Source of the DNA: Podarcis muralis
Taxonomy: Eukaryota
DNA: 64,000 bases
Reading direction: 5' to 3'
Assembly: GCF_964188315.1 (NCBI RefSeq)
Contig: NC_135656.1
Span: 42,532,001 to 42,596,000, forward strand
Below the pieces are notes generated by a model, which saw nothing but the letters and a program-made list of their open reading frames with translations, ran no database searches and was not told where the DNA came from. Below, in pieces: positions 1 to 12,029 of this stretch. The position numbers and the translations under genes were made by a program. Numbering within the stretch: position 1 is the first letter of the stretch; every line of letters begins with the position of its first letter.

Positions 1-76
1 TGCCTTCACCATCCAAGGACACCTCTGGCAGACCAAGAAGCCAGGCACCCCCAAGAAGCCAGGCACACCAAAATAG
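1..76 (+). CDS. CAMSAP3: CAMSAP3, final coding segment (partial; end of CKK domain and C-terminal tail)
   Basis: Frame from nt 2 reads AFTIQGHLWQTKKPGTPKKPGTPK then TAG (74-76). This matches the recalled human C-terminus (DAFTIQGHLWQGKKPTTPKKGGGTPK). It is convergent with XAB2, as in mammals. Confidence 0.9.
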   Translation, partial: AFTIQGHLWQTKKPGTPKKPGTPK

Positions 77-784
77 CCAGGCCTTTCCAACCTCAGCCCG
101 TCTACTGCTTTTCTCTGCCTGGACTTTAGAGCTGCTACTTCTTAGGTTGCCGGCCCAAGTTGGATACATGGAACCCTACACATAGCCTTCCAAAATGGGT
201 GGCTTGGGTAGATGGGTCTGTTAAGCAGGGGGCTACATCTTGTACTGGACCAGCGTTATCTCTGGCTGGATCAGAGCCACACAGGAGTCTTGTGCATAGT
301 TCTGATGCCAGTTCTAAGGAGACTGCTTTTTTTTTGGGGGGGGGGGGTTGTTGACAGATGCTCTGGAAACTGCCAAATCCCATGATAATCTAGAGGCTCA
401 GAGTTGCCATAGTGACACTGCCCTACATGCGGCCTGTGTGCGCTCGTCTGGGCTCCTGCATGCTCTGTCTGCCTCCAGCCACCACCTGAATGTTGGTCCA
501 CCACCACAGCAATGAAGGGTCTCTCTCTCTGATTCCTGCTTGCCTGGGGAACGGGGCCCAGGCCTTCTTTGGTTCTGTTCGGGGTTTCTTGTTTCCCTGG
601 GTGCCCCTGTTTATATTTATACATACTTATACATATATATATAGATATATATATATATCTTGGAGCTATTTAATGATTTTTCAATTATTTGTATATAAAA
701 AGGAACAAATTGCATTTGGAACAGTGGGGCAGGGTGAATTTGTATATGGAGATAGGCATGGTGGGGGGAGGGTAGCACAGAACA

Positions 785-786
<2 letters not shown>

Positions 787-832
<46 letters not shown>
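787..832. repeat. (GT)n microsatellite in the CAMSAP3 3' UTR
   Basis: Direct reading. A (TA)-rich tract also lies at about 620-660. Confidence 0.95.
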
Positions 833-834
<2 letters not shown>

Positions 835-1542
835 ATGGATGTTTCCTCCTTTGGAGTTTTGTCTTTTTTCCTTCCCCACTTCCCCTTTGGGCTTTTCCCC
901 CCTGCTCCCTTGTTCACAAGGGCTACTTGGTGTAGGGATGGGCAAGGGCTGTTTACATGTCATAACTTTTAGCAGGCATTTTGGGGGGTGGCAGGGAGCC
1001 TGTGAATTTGGCAAGCTTCAGCTGGCCATTCTCATTCAAAATATTTAGAAGCTGGGAGTTGCTGTAGTCACAGAGCAGGCCTCTGTGGATCCTGAACTGA
1101 GCTGCCAAATGGAAAATGCAAACTCCCTTCCTTCCTTACCAGTTTAGAGCTGCACCTCTGGGCTGTAGCAGGCAGTGAATGTAGGCTGCTCCTTCAGTTG
1201 TCCTCCCCAAGAGCCAGAGGAGGCCTGGGCACTGAGGGGCTTCTACCCTCTATTCTTTCTCTCCTCCCCCACCCCCTACCCGGCCCACTTGCTGTCTGGG
1301 TCTTTTCCTCCGCCTCCTGCTCTTTTGGGGTAGCAGTTGCTCTCGGGGCAGAGTGCAGGAGGGAGCTGGGGGAAGCCAATCCTGTTCAGCTTGGGGTTCT
1401 GTCTTGTTCAACTTTATTCCAGGTCTCTCGTGGTTGCTTGTTGATGACCGAATGTCATGTAGGTGTTTGGGGATACAGTATAGTGCAGGGTTGGTGTTAA
1501 AAAAATTAAAAGGGCAGGTGGGAACTTTGTCCCTGGCTGCTT

Positions 1543-1619
1543 AATAAAGTAACTTAAATGAACTCTTTGCTGATCATTACTTGGTGTCCTTCCATCCCAC
1601 ACAGAGTGGGGTGAATAAA
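1543..1619 (+). terminator. Candidate CAMSAP3 polyadenylation signals
   Basis: AATAAA at 1543-1548 and 1614-1619, about 1.5 kb after the CAMSAP3 stop. Usage not tested. Confidence 0.5.
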
Positions 1620-2374
1620 AGACACTGGCGGCAGATTGTGTCTCTGGTTTTGAAAGCCTGCCTTTCCTTTCTCTCTATAATTGGCTTTATGTTGCAAGTG
1701 TCTGCCTTCAGCTTCAGCCTGTGCCCATTACTCAGCTGTTCTGGATAGCAGCGCAGAGGCACGGGGAAGCTAGGAGTCTAGCCATTTTAAAGCCCTTTTT
1801 GTCGGATGTTTGTGCACTTGCTCCATGTTTAATGCAGGGATAGAACTACTGGGGTGTGACCAGCTGCTGTTTCCTTGTTTGGGTTTAATTAAGCATTGCT
1901 TCCTTGAAAGCAGTGAAGGTTTGGTAGGTGTTCAGCTGGTTGGTAGAAGGAAGTAAGGTCATTCTCCCTGTTCCACCCAGCTATTTGTTGGACTTGCCCC
2001 CATAAGCATGACGAAGCAGGACAGGAATATACTTAAGAACAGGACTTGGGAGAAACTGCTATAGCAGGAAAGACAAATTATATATCGGCATTCACGGAAG
2101 GTATGTGGTAACAACCTCATCACTACTGCTTAACCCCCTTCCCTTAATGCTCATTGTTCCTAAACATCAAGAGCTTATTCACAAGTCTGCTTTAAGCTGC
2201 CAGGATCTTATGAAGTAACTGTTGTCACAACAGTTAAGCTAGTGAGAGAGGATGAATTCTTATCAGCAGCACAGTTAAGGAAATTCCATTAGGAAGCTGG
2301 GGGTTAAGCACTCCATTGTATTGAACATGCCACTGAACTGAAAGCAGTGTTTGACATAAATTGAAGAAGCCCCT

Positions 2375-2380
2375 TTTATT
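2375..2380 (-). terminator. Candidate XAB2 polyadenylation signal
   Basis: AATAAA on the minus strand (plus-strand tttatt), about 410 nt after the XAB2 stop. Confidence 0.5.
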
Positions 2381-2479
2381 ACTTTTTAAGCTTAGGAGAG
2401 TTAGAGTTTCAGGAATGAAAAGTATGCCAAACTAGCAGCTGGCAGGGCAGGTTACAGCTGGCATTGTTGCCCACCTTTT

Positions 2480-2622
2480 CTCATAGAGCTGGAAGGGACC
2501 CTGAGGATCATCCAGTCCAACCCCTTGCAATGCCCAAATTTGTAGCTGTCCCTTACAGGGATTGAAACTGCAACCTTGGCGTTGCCAACACCATGCTCTA
2601 ACCAATTGAGCTAGTTTCCCAT
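2480..2622 (-). mobile_element. SINE with tRNA-Ile-like head and CR1-type tail, in the XAB2 3' UTR
   Basis: Minus strand TAGCTCAATTGGTTAGAGCATGGTGTTGGCAACGCCAAGGTTGCAG resembles tRNA-Ile(AAT) with A/B boxes. It is followed by the CR1-like GGGTTGGACTGGATGATCC...CCCTTCCAGCTCTATG end. Confidence 0.7.
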
Positions 2623-2786
2623 ACAGACCTACACCAGACATTTGATAAAAAGATTTTATAAATAGCAACGTGACAGAATAGAAAAGGATACTATCAAGGA
2701 AAACAAACAAATTACACCAAGCCCAGCTTATACAGATACAACACCTGTAGCCCTAGTTCAAATGCAGTTCATCCATCTGCAGCCGC

Positions 2787-5700
2787 TCAATCATCCTTAA
2801 GGCCTCCAAACACAGCGGAAGGAACACTCTTCTGCTCCAGCTGCACCTCTGTAGGAGAAGAGAAGATTTGGGATAATCAATATAAAGCAAGAACAGTCAG
2901 ATGTCAGGCTTAGAGAAATGACTTTGCTGGGTTGGACCTCAGCATTCTAGCAACCATTTCTGATTTGTGCCAGAACTAAGCTGAACTCTCTTTTTCACAC
3001 AAAAATATACTCTTAGTTTTGCCAAAAGTATCTTCAGCAATCCCCCTTTTTCATGTGTGGGGACTTTTTAGAGACCTGGCAGATCAGAAACCCTTGCTGC
3101 TCTGTTGCAAATCATCTAGAGATCTACTGGTAAACCCTAGTCTGTACCTATTCGCTTCAAAAACTAGACCATACAGCACCGTCTCTTACTTACCGTCAGG
3201 CTCATTATCCTCACTCTCATCTCCATCATCCAAATCAATGTCTATCTCATCAGGATTAGCCTGTTTGGAGAGTTCAGCCAGCTCACTGCGGGAAGCATCA
3301 CTCCTAGAAATAAGGAACAAGAAACTGGTGAATCGTACAGGAGCCAGCAAAATATTATTCACACAGTGACTGCCCCATGCCTATACTGCAGGAAACAGGT
3401 CCATCCTGAGAAGATCAAGCTGGCTTTACAGGTTCACATGTCTCTTCTCTACTGCAGGCTGCAACTGAAAGCCACTAGATAAGCTACACCAACTATTAGA
3501 ACCTGCAGCGTTGACTCAACTCTTGTTGTTGTTGTTTAGTTGTGTCCGACTCTTCGTGACCCCATGGACCAGAGCACGCCAGGCACTTCTGTCTTCCACT
3601 GTCTCCCGCAGTTTGGTCAGACTCATGTTTGTAGCTTCAAGAACACTGTCCAGACTCAACTCTACAGCTTCACTATCCGCATGACCATAAATGCATTACA
3701 GTGGTGCCTCGCAAGACGAAAATACTCCGTTCCGCGAGTCTCTTCGTCTAGCGGTTTTTTCGTCTTGCGAAGCAACCCTATTAGCGGATTAGCGCTATTA
3801 GCGGCTATTAAAGGCTTAGCGGCTAAAAGGCTATTAGCGGCTTAGAAAAAGGGGGGGGGGGGAGCGAAAAAAACCGCAAGACTCGCAAGACGTTATCGTC
3901 TTGCGAAGCACATCGAAAAACGGAAAACCCTTTCATCTAGCAGGTTTTTCATCTTGCGAGGCATTCGTCTTGCGGGGCACCACTGTAAATGCATTTGGCT
4001 TCACTGTAACAACCATCAAGGCAAAACAGAACAAAAATGCACAGCGAAGTGGCCACTGGAGGTTAAAACATAAGTCACAGCATTGCTACACTCCTCCCTC
4101 TAGTCTAATGTCAATATCTTAAACTTCTCACCATAACATTTAGTAGACAAGACTCCCGGATCAAGTCATGTAACGACAAAGCCCAGCTTGGGTCTGACAG
4201 TGAGTGCCTGCCACTACCCAAGAGAGCCACAAGTTTAATCAAGGTAAGAACTAGAATTCCACTACCTATCCAACTTGCGTACATGTGGACACATACAGAA
4301 TTTTAACAAAGCAGATGGAAGAACTGATCAGTTGTTTAAAAATGTCTCTTCCCCGGCCCAACAACCACAAAAAAAAGTTTGAAGTAGTGGAGACAGTAGG
4401 CACAAGGCGGTTTCTGTGGCCCTGGCTATACTTCTGTGCCTCTTCTACTACCCAAATTCCAGGGGAAAATATTTTTAAAACCTCTAACCAGAACATACAT
4501 GCATTAAGATAAAAAGTAATGTACACTGCACATTAAATAGATTCTGTCTACTGCCTAGTTTCTCACAGCAAGAACACTGCATGTTTTCCCACTTCCAGCA
4601 GCAGCCACCTAGTGCTGCCATCCCCACTTCTACAACTCTCCAAGCTTATGACAAACAGCTTGGTTCTTGCCCAACCTGAAATATGACCCCTGGTGTATTG
4701 CATGCTGGGTGGTGACCTACAGCGAAGAGGTTAAGCAAGTCTCCCTGGCCTGCAGTACACTCACCTGACAAACAGGATCTTCTCCTTCGCTTGGGGCTGA
4801 TCTCGCTCCGCTTCAGCTGCCAACTGCTCCGCCCGCTGCTCTAACAGTTTCATGTCATCCATGCCACTCTGCCCAGGTGCCAGGTCAGACACTGAAACCC
4901 AAAGACAAGCAGGAGGGAGGGGCAGAGGGTTAAAACGGAACCGGAGATGTAGCAGCAGACACCCCTCTCTGCCGGGACCTGTGCAGGGGGTGAGACCTAC
5001 CTGTGCCCGTGGCATTGCTGTACACCTTCAGCATCTGAGAGGCCATGAAGTTGACTTGTGTGTTGTAGGTTGCTTGCACGCTTCGTTTAATGCGAAGCAT
5101 CTCCCGGATAGTGTCTTCGTTCCCATGCCGGATCTCAAATTCCTTCCATGTCTGCCAGAAAGTGGCAGTAGTCTGGCAGGAGAAGAAAAAGTGTTTTGAG
5201 GGGTGGGGTGGGAAAGAAGGCAGTCACTGCGAAGTTCAACAGATCAAGCGGAACGTCTCCTTCCTGCTTCACTAGTCTTTCCCTTGAGCTCTGCTTGGGA
5301 AAAGCAACACGGAGGTGTGTCTGTGTACAGAGATGAGTTGTTCCTGTGCAGTGTATCTTCTGCACCACAAATTAAAATCCTTGCACATAAGTTGTTATAA
5401 TAAATAACAATAATGCTGATAGAGTTATCCTTGAACATAATGGACAGCTAGCTTTTCTCACCTTCCCACACTGGGTCCTGAAAGGCCGTGCTCAGGCAGA
5501 TGCATGACTAGTTCTCTAGTGTGTGGGAGAGATCATAGAATTGTAGAGTTGGAAGGGTCCCCGAGGGTCAACTAGTCCAACCCCCTGCAACGCAGGAATC
5601 GCAGCTAAAGAACCCCTGACAGATGGCCATCCAACTTAATTAGAAACTTCTCACAAAGGAGAGTCCACCAGGTGACTTACTCGGGGATCACACATCTGCG

Positions 5701-8700
5701 AACAGTAGGAATAGATGGCCCGAGCTCGGTCTATTTCGCCCAGCTTGCACTCCATGTCAGCAAAGCGCAGGCACATCTCCCGAGCGTGTTCATCTGTCAG
5801 CACCTGCAATGGGGATACGTGTTAAAATTGCACCCTGACCGCCAATGTTTCTAAAATGGCTAACGAGTTAAAAACAAAAGCATCCAAACACATATTGCAA
5901 ACCGAAAGGGACGCAATAAGAGCACAGCAGCAGAAAAAGACACAAGCTGAATTGATGCTAAGCAGTCCTGTTGCATGATGACAAAGATTTGTGTGGACAC
6001 CAAGTGAGCCTCCCAAAGGTTGGGGGTCGCAATCAAAGGGACTGGCTCACTCTCAGCCCTGTTTCTGAAGTGGACCTCAGGGCACAAGCAGGTGTCTCTG
6101 GGAAGTATCCCAAGCTGTATAGGGCTTTATAAAAAGGTAGCACTCAACACTTTGACCTGTGCTGAATAAGAGCAAAAACAGCATATTGCACAATATCCTC
6201 ATAGTTGTAATAGTGATTACAGAAGCTGTATTTGGATTTACCCCATATCATATAAGGGAACACAATCCTATTCAGCCATTACCTAGCAGACTAGTTCATC
6301 TCTAGGCGACAGCAAGAGACTCATCCTGGAGTTTTAAACACAGCATTATTTATTTGGAAAGAAGGAACTAACCTCAATAGCCTTCTCGTAGATGCTACGT
6401 GTGTGTGTGACCCCATAGATTTCAGCTGCTCTCTTGATGTAGATATTGTACATGTCATACTGCTCCGAAGGCTGCACAGCCTGAGTGGCCCTCTCATACA
6501 CTGCCATGGCATGGCGTGCCAGCCCATATTCTTCCTCCAGTTTGGCATACAGCAGGTAGATAGCTGTGAACAGAGAAGAAATGAAAGCAAAACTACATTC
6601 CTACCCCACCCCCAATCTTTGGGTCACCTCTTCTCACCAAGATATTTTGGCCCTGTATGGACTACGTTAGTGACACTCCAGATACCATAGGAAAAGTTTT
6701 AAATAAGAACTGCCCCAAGGGAGAATTATTCAGATTGCCCTCTTGCACTGAAGAGGATGTGACAGAGATGTTCTCTCCATCTCAATGGCTCCTGCTGGAC
6801 AGGAACTTATCAAACCTTAATACAGATTGGCTACCCTAAGGGGTAGTTTTCAGTTGTTTTGAACTACAACTCCCATGATCCCAGACTACTGGCTAAGCCA
6901 GCCCAGTTGAGGCAGATGGGAACTGCAATCCACAACCTCTGGAGAACACCACGATGGCAACCACTGGGTTATGGATGCAGATGTCCTCTGGCTCGCGTTG
7001 AGAGCAAGTCCTCTAGCTTTGGCCTTGCTGTTTCCTGTATCTCAGCTTCCGTTGCCCAGGAAAACAGGACTGGGCATTTCCCATTATTTATCAGCTCCCA
7101 CCCCCAGGCTTTTACTGCCTCTGCTCCCTTGCAACAGAGCACAGTTCCGCTTACTTTTAGCGTATTTCTGGGGGCAGCCATCTAGAGCCTGTTCAAAGAG
7201 GTCCCGTGCACGCTCCAACTTCTTGCCACCATAGCGGTCGGTGAATTTGGTAAGATAGGTGTTCCAAATGTCATACACGTTTGGCCACTTGAACAATGAG
7301 ATGCCCCTCTCATACGCCTGCCGGAGAGAGGGAATGGTATGAAAAAGACAGCAAAAGCTTTCTTCTTGTTGGTATACTCTTACCTATATGAAAACCACCA
7401 TCTTGAGTCAGGTGATTGTGGTCTACGTAGTCCAGTATTATCTGCTCTGGCTGACAGCAGCAACCCACTATCTCCAAAATAGATAAATATTTTCCCAGCT
7501 TTGCTACCTGAGGGTCTTTTAAACTGGAGATGCCAAGGAATGAATCACGGGACCCATTAGCTGAATCCTACCCTCCATGCTAATCTTTTCAAAGGTAAGA
7601 TTAGCATCTCCTACAGAGATGTAGGATCTGCAGAGTTCCGCTCTGCTACACCACACACTGTAGATATTTTGAGCCCAAGGTCCTCTCTCTCAAGCTCCAC
7701 AGCTTGCAGCAGGCAGCTTTTACGATTCAGTGGCTCCCAAACCAACCAGATGGGCAACTTCCCACTCCCCCAGCTGCTATGAGAGCAGACAGAGGTATTG
7801 ATACGGCCAACTCACCTTGAAGCTCTCTTCAAAGTAGCTGTGCTCTTCCAGGAAGAGGCCATAGTTAATGATGATTTGTGGGGTGGCAATGCGCAGGTCC
7901 AGAATGCGGTCATACACGGCTTTAGTAGACTAGGAGTGGTGACATAAAGAAACTTCAATATTAGGCTGAACCACAAAGAGACAGCCAAGTTACAGACAGC
8001 TTGGGGCCCTCAGTTACTGTCCCTTCCCCAGCTATGCCCAGAGATACAGAGGGAGGAGATCAGGAGGGAGGAAACAAGTCCCTGTGGTCAATACAGGTCT
8101 TTTATTGCAGAGCTGGCAGGGCTGCTGCCCACAGCTGCTCAAGGCAAGCGGTAAACAAGGCTCCCTATTACCTTCAAAGGGAATCAGTAGGCCCCAGTTG
8201 GATTGTCAGAAAATATGGGAGCAAGAACTGTAGCTACAGACTGCTGTGTGCTTCACATAGTGTTTTATTTATCGATTAAATTTGTCAACTATCTTGTCCA
8301 AGGCAATCCACAGCAACTTGCAACCAAACCGACAATAAACCTCACATAGATACATTAAAACCAAGAGAAAAGGGAAATGCATTAAAAAATATGCCAGCCG
8401 CTTCTAAAAGGCTAGCTAGAAATAATCATGTATAAAAGGGGGAAACACTGAAGGCAGGAAAGAAGTCAGGAGAGCCCAGATAAATATGCTGAAAGAAGCT
8501 ATGGGTACCAAAACCCACGGTTTCTTGAAGTAGAGACTTCGCTTCAGGGAACGGGAAGTCAGGGGCTTGAGTTGTGCAAGGCTGCTCTGCTACTGACTCC
8601 ATGTAACAGAGCCAGTTCTCTGGGCCCAGTGCTACTCTCCAGCCAGGCACAGGAAGCAGCTGATGGAGCATGACAGCCCCTCTCCATGCCTCAGCATCAT

Positions 8701-9960
8701 ACTATTTCAAAGCCAAAGCCATGGTGAAAGGGGAGGAGAGGAGGGTACAGTCCCTAGAATAGCTTAAAGATGACTAGGAAACAGTGAGGGTCTGTCATTT
8801 TGGGTGGTTCAGAAGATCTCCAAGTATAGCATTAGCTACCAAACCAAGTGGTCTACGGAATACCTAACCACTGATTTTGTGCCACTGAAAAGCCAAGGAA
8901 TGCCAATTCAAAAACCAGCTCATTTGTGCCTAGCTAAAGCTTTTTTTTTTTTAATAAATATTTTTTATTGTGTTTCTTTCCATAGTTTCACAAGTTCAAA
9001 AATACAAAAGTAAAAAACAAGAAACAAATTTTGAAGGTATAAGAAAAATAAAAAAGAATAAATGTATGTCAAATCATCTTCCCCTAATTTATCACTGTCA
9101 GTTGGACCTCCTCACATCTTCCAGGCCTTGCGTTCTATGCAATAGCTAAAGCTTTTTTTAAAAAAAGAAGACGACTGTTTTGGGAGGGCTACTGAAGTGG
9201 CAAAAAGTCATTCACTTTCTGCACAGCTTGTCCCAGTGGTTAATCCTTTTGCCTGCTAAACTGGAGCCGGGTTTCTAATTTGTCTTTAGTCTAATTCCCA
9301 GATGCTGACCCTTATTCTGTCTCTCCCTGCCAGTTCAAGGAGACATTTACTGCCCACAGTACTTGCTTCCTTGGATACTTCTCAGACACTTCTGGACAGA
9401 AGGCGATTAAAGCTGATTGAATAATACTTAAAACAGCCAGAGAGAAGTGCCATGATAGGAAAGAAGAACAGAAACCCAAAGCTAATGCTTTTCCTGTCTG
9501 GATGAGGCAGGCTTCCATGACTGCTCCAGACAGGAAAAGTTGGCGCTTACCCTTCCCACAACTCCAGAAGGCTCTGGCAGACAATGGAGGCCAGGAAAGG
9601 CCACTTACCTTGAAGGTGCCAAGACTTTCTTCCAGGTCAGCCAACATAGACCAAACCTTGAGGGACTTGTAGACACGGTTCTGCACAGGTTCTGAGGAAT
9701 CAAAATACTCTGCTTTCTTAGCTGGGATGGCTGTGGCTTTCTGAAGGAACAAGAGAAAAGAGATGCCGGTGAAAGTGGGAGAAGCCTATGGAAGTCTAGC
9801 AGCACACCCTGATGATTAAGGGTAGAATTCACATAGCACTAAGTGGGGTATGCACATGGGGAACAAGGACTGCTCAAGCAAGAAGACGTCCTCCCTTCTC
9901 CCCGTGTGCCCTCTAAACCTGTTCTGAGGATCCTCTAACTTCCAGAGCAGATTTTCTTTT

Positions 9961-10011
<51 letters not shown>

Positions 10012-11993
10012 GAATGCTGTTGTGGGAACAGACCTCGCTTTGCGCTTGCAACAACTTAGTTGAATCCCACCCTTAGAATGTATCTCTCCCGCTCTTTAGA
10101 TATAAATTATCTCTGCAGACAGGAAATTGGGTGGCCTCACATTGTTAGAAATACAAAAGCTTAGAAATCTTGGTTTCCTGGTTTCTCATTTAGCCACAGC
10201 GCACCATTCAGCTAATAACGGTGCTTCCCTGTGATTCAACCACTAGAGCTCCAACTCCATTCAGGGAGATGTGGACAGAAGAAAGGAGTCTTCTTTTTGA
10301 TTGCATGACTATACGCCCTTAACTCCGAAGTAATCCTCTGGGAACCCAAAAAGCAACCCTTCTGGATTATCAGATGCCTGCCCCCCTGTTTCTGCTCACC
10401 CGCAGGATGCGCAGCGCTTGGTCATAGTTCTCGTGCCGCAACTCCATCTCGCCATATTCGCACCACACGCTGGCCAGCTCATCCACTTGCTTGAAGTTGA
10501 CCTTGGTAGCCTTTTCAAAAATGGTTCTGGCCTGGGAACAAGTAAGGTAGGCAAGGTGAGGGGGAAAGCAGGGCCAGAAAGAGCCCCCAGTTTCAGCATC
10601 TCCTCTCCTTGGACTAGGCTAAGTGGTGGGGCAGGTCATCCAAGAAATGCTGCATCCACAAGGATGGTGGCTTCCCGGAGTTTGGGTTAGGTTGACTGAA
10701 TATAAGACTCGCTCACCACAACCAAAATCCCTGAATCAATTTACAAGAAGAATGAAACACAGTAACAAAAATGCATGGAGTTAAGCCTGAGGCAGCTGTG
10801 GTGAAGGGTCTGTTGTGCTTCTGGGCAGCAGCCAGGAAAGTAAGGCAGGAAACATTTCGAAAGGCAAGGACAGAGCAGCGTTAGCCTCCCAAACCCATGC
10901 ATCACTCACGTCTTCAATCTGTCCATTGACCTCGTAGAATTTGGCAAAAGAAACCCACAGCGTATGTGTCTTTCCGGTGGCTTTAAAGGGGTCGACAGTC
11001 TGAACCGCTTCTGTGTATGTGTTGATGATCTGGAGGAAGCAGGGAGAGAGGTAGAAGAAAAGAAAAGAGTGAGCTCTGGCAGGTTCCTAGGTTCCTTCCT
11101 TCCTGTACGGTTTCGTGGCTGTAGCTGCGAAGCACAACATAGAGGAAGTGAGAAGTGCCAACGAGTACAATCCCAATGAAGTTTTTATTCTGGAAAACAG
11201 CCTGCTTCTCAGCAGATCTAGAAGGCCACTGGATGGTGACAAGTGGGAGAACTGGCTCTCCATTCCCAGCTCAGCCCTGTGTGGCAGGTCAGTCTTCCAG
11301 GCAGCAGCTTAATTAGACCAGCATGAGTACCCATCTATGAATGCCCTTCTGAGCAAACGTGGAAACTCCAGTGTGCTGAGCACCCATTAGTAGACAGAAG
11401 CTTTTTGAAACTTCATGAAATTTGCTTGGGGTGGAGGGAGCCCCAGTGGATGAAATCCTGTGTCAACTTCCATCAGTGACATGACCAACGTTGGGTGGAA
11501 GCAACTCCTTGGAGGGTATTCAGATTCAGCTCCATACCCAAAACTTTGCCATTCATCACTGATGCTGCAACCCAGTGTTTAACAGAAGGGGAACGCGCTA
11601 GCTTGAAGGTTCAGCAGCTCCCTCGTTCCCAGCGCTGGGTCTGCTCGTGCAATCCCTACTGTGGGGATTTCCTTACCTCGCGAGGCTTGCCTTCATACAG
11701 CTTCACCCGCTTGTGCCACTCGTGGACGTTGTGAGGATTCTGGCGCAAGAGGACACTGTTAAGAAGCAAGGGCCGGCGTGTGATCAGCTGCTCAAAGCGA
11801 GCCAGGCGCAGCTCCAGGTCCACGTCATCTGTTTCCCGGGGGGGGGGGGGGCAAAAGAGCAGGAATGAGAGATGGTGCAGGAAGGCAGCTACTTGCAGCT
11901 GAAATTCCCCCTCTATTTTCTCACCTACACATTCCATACCTATAGCTATGCCCTGAGTTCCTTTGGGAGGAAGGGCAGGATTTAATATGAGAA

Positions 11994-12029
<36 letters not shown>

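Noticed and set aside
681-1048. ORFs with HTHT/CVCV runs (also 23960-24283, 31462-31749, 48118-48333)
   Set aside because: Translations of microsatellites.
2560-2622. tRNA-like sequences (also 20569-20630, 48321-48395, 61905-61975)
   Set aside because: Degenerate stems, each fused to a SINE body. They are SINE heads, not tRNA genes.
3770-3845. Short TTAGCGG repeats resembling a CRISPR or telomeric array
   Set aside because: Internal to the Tigger-like MITE, irregular, with no unique spacers; eukaryotic context.
9312-9752. ORFs extending XAB2 and STXBP2 exons into introns (also 17000-17362, 59663-60136, 60031-60462, 62311-62742)
   Set aside because: These are exon read-throughs. Canonical splice sites bound the homologous parts, and in the introns I checked retention would hit stops or shift frame.
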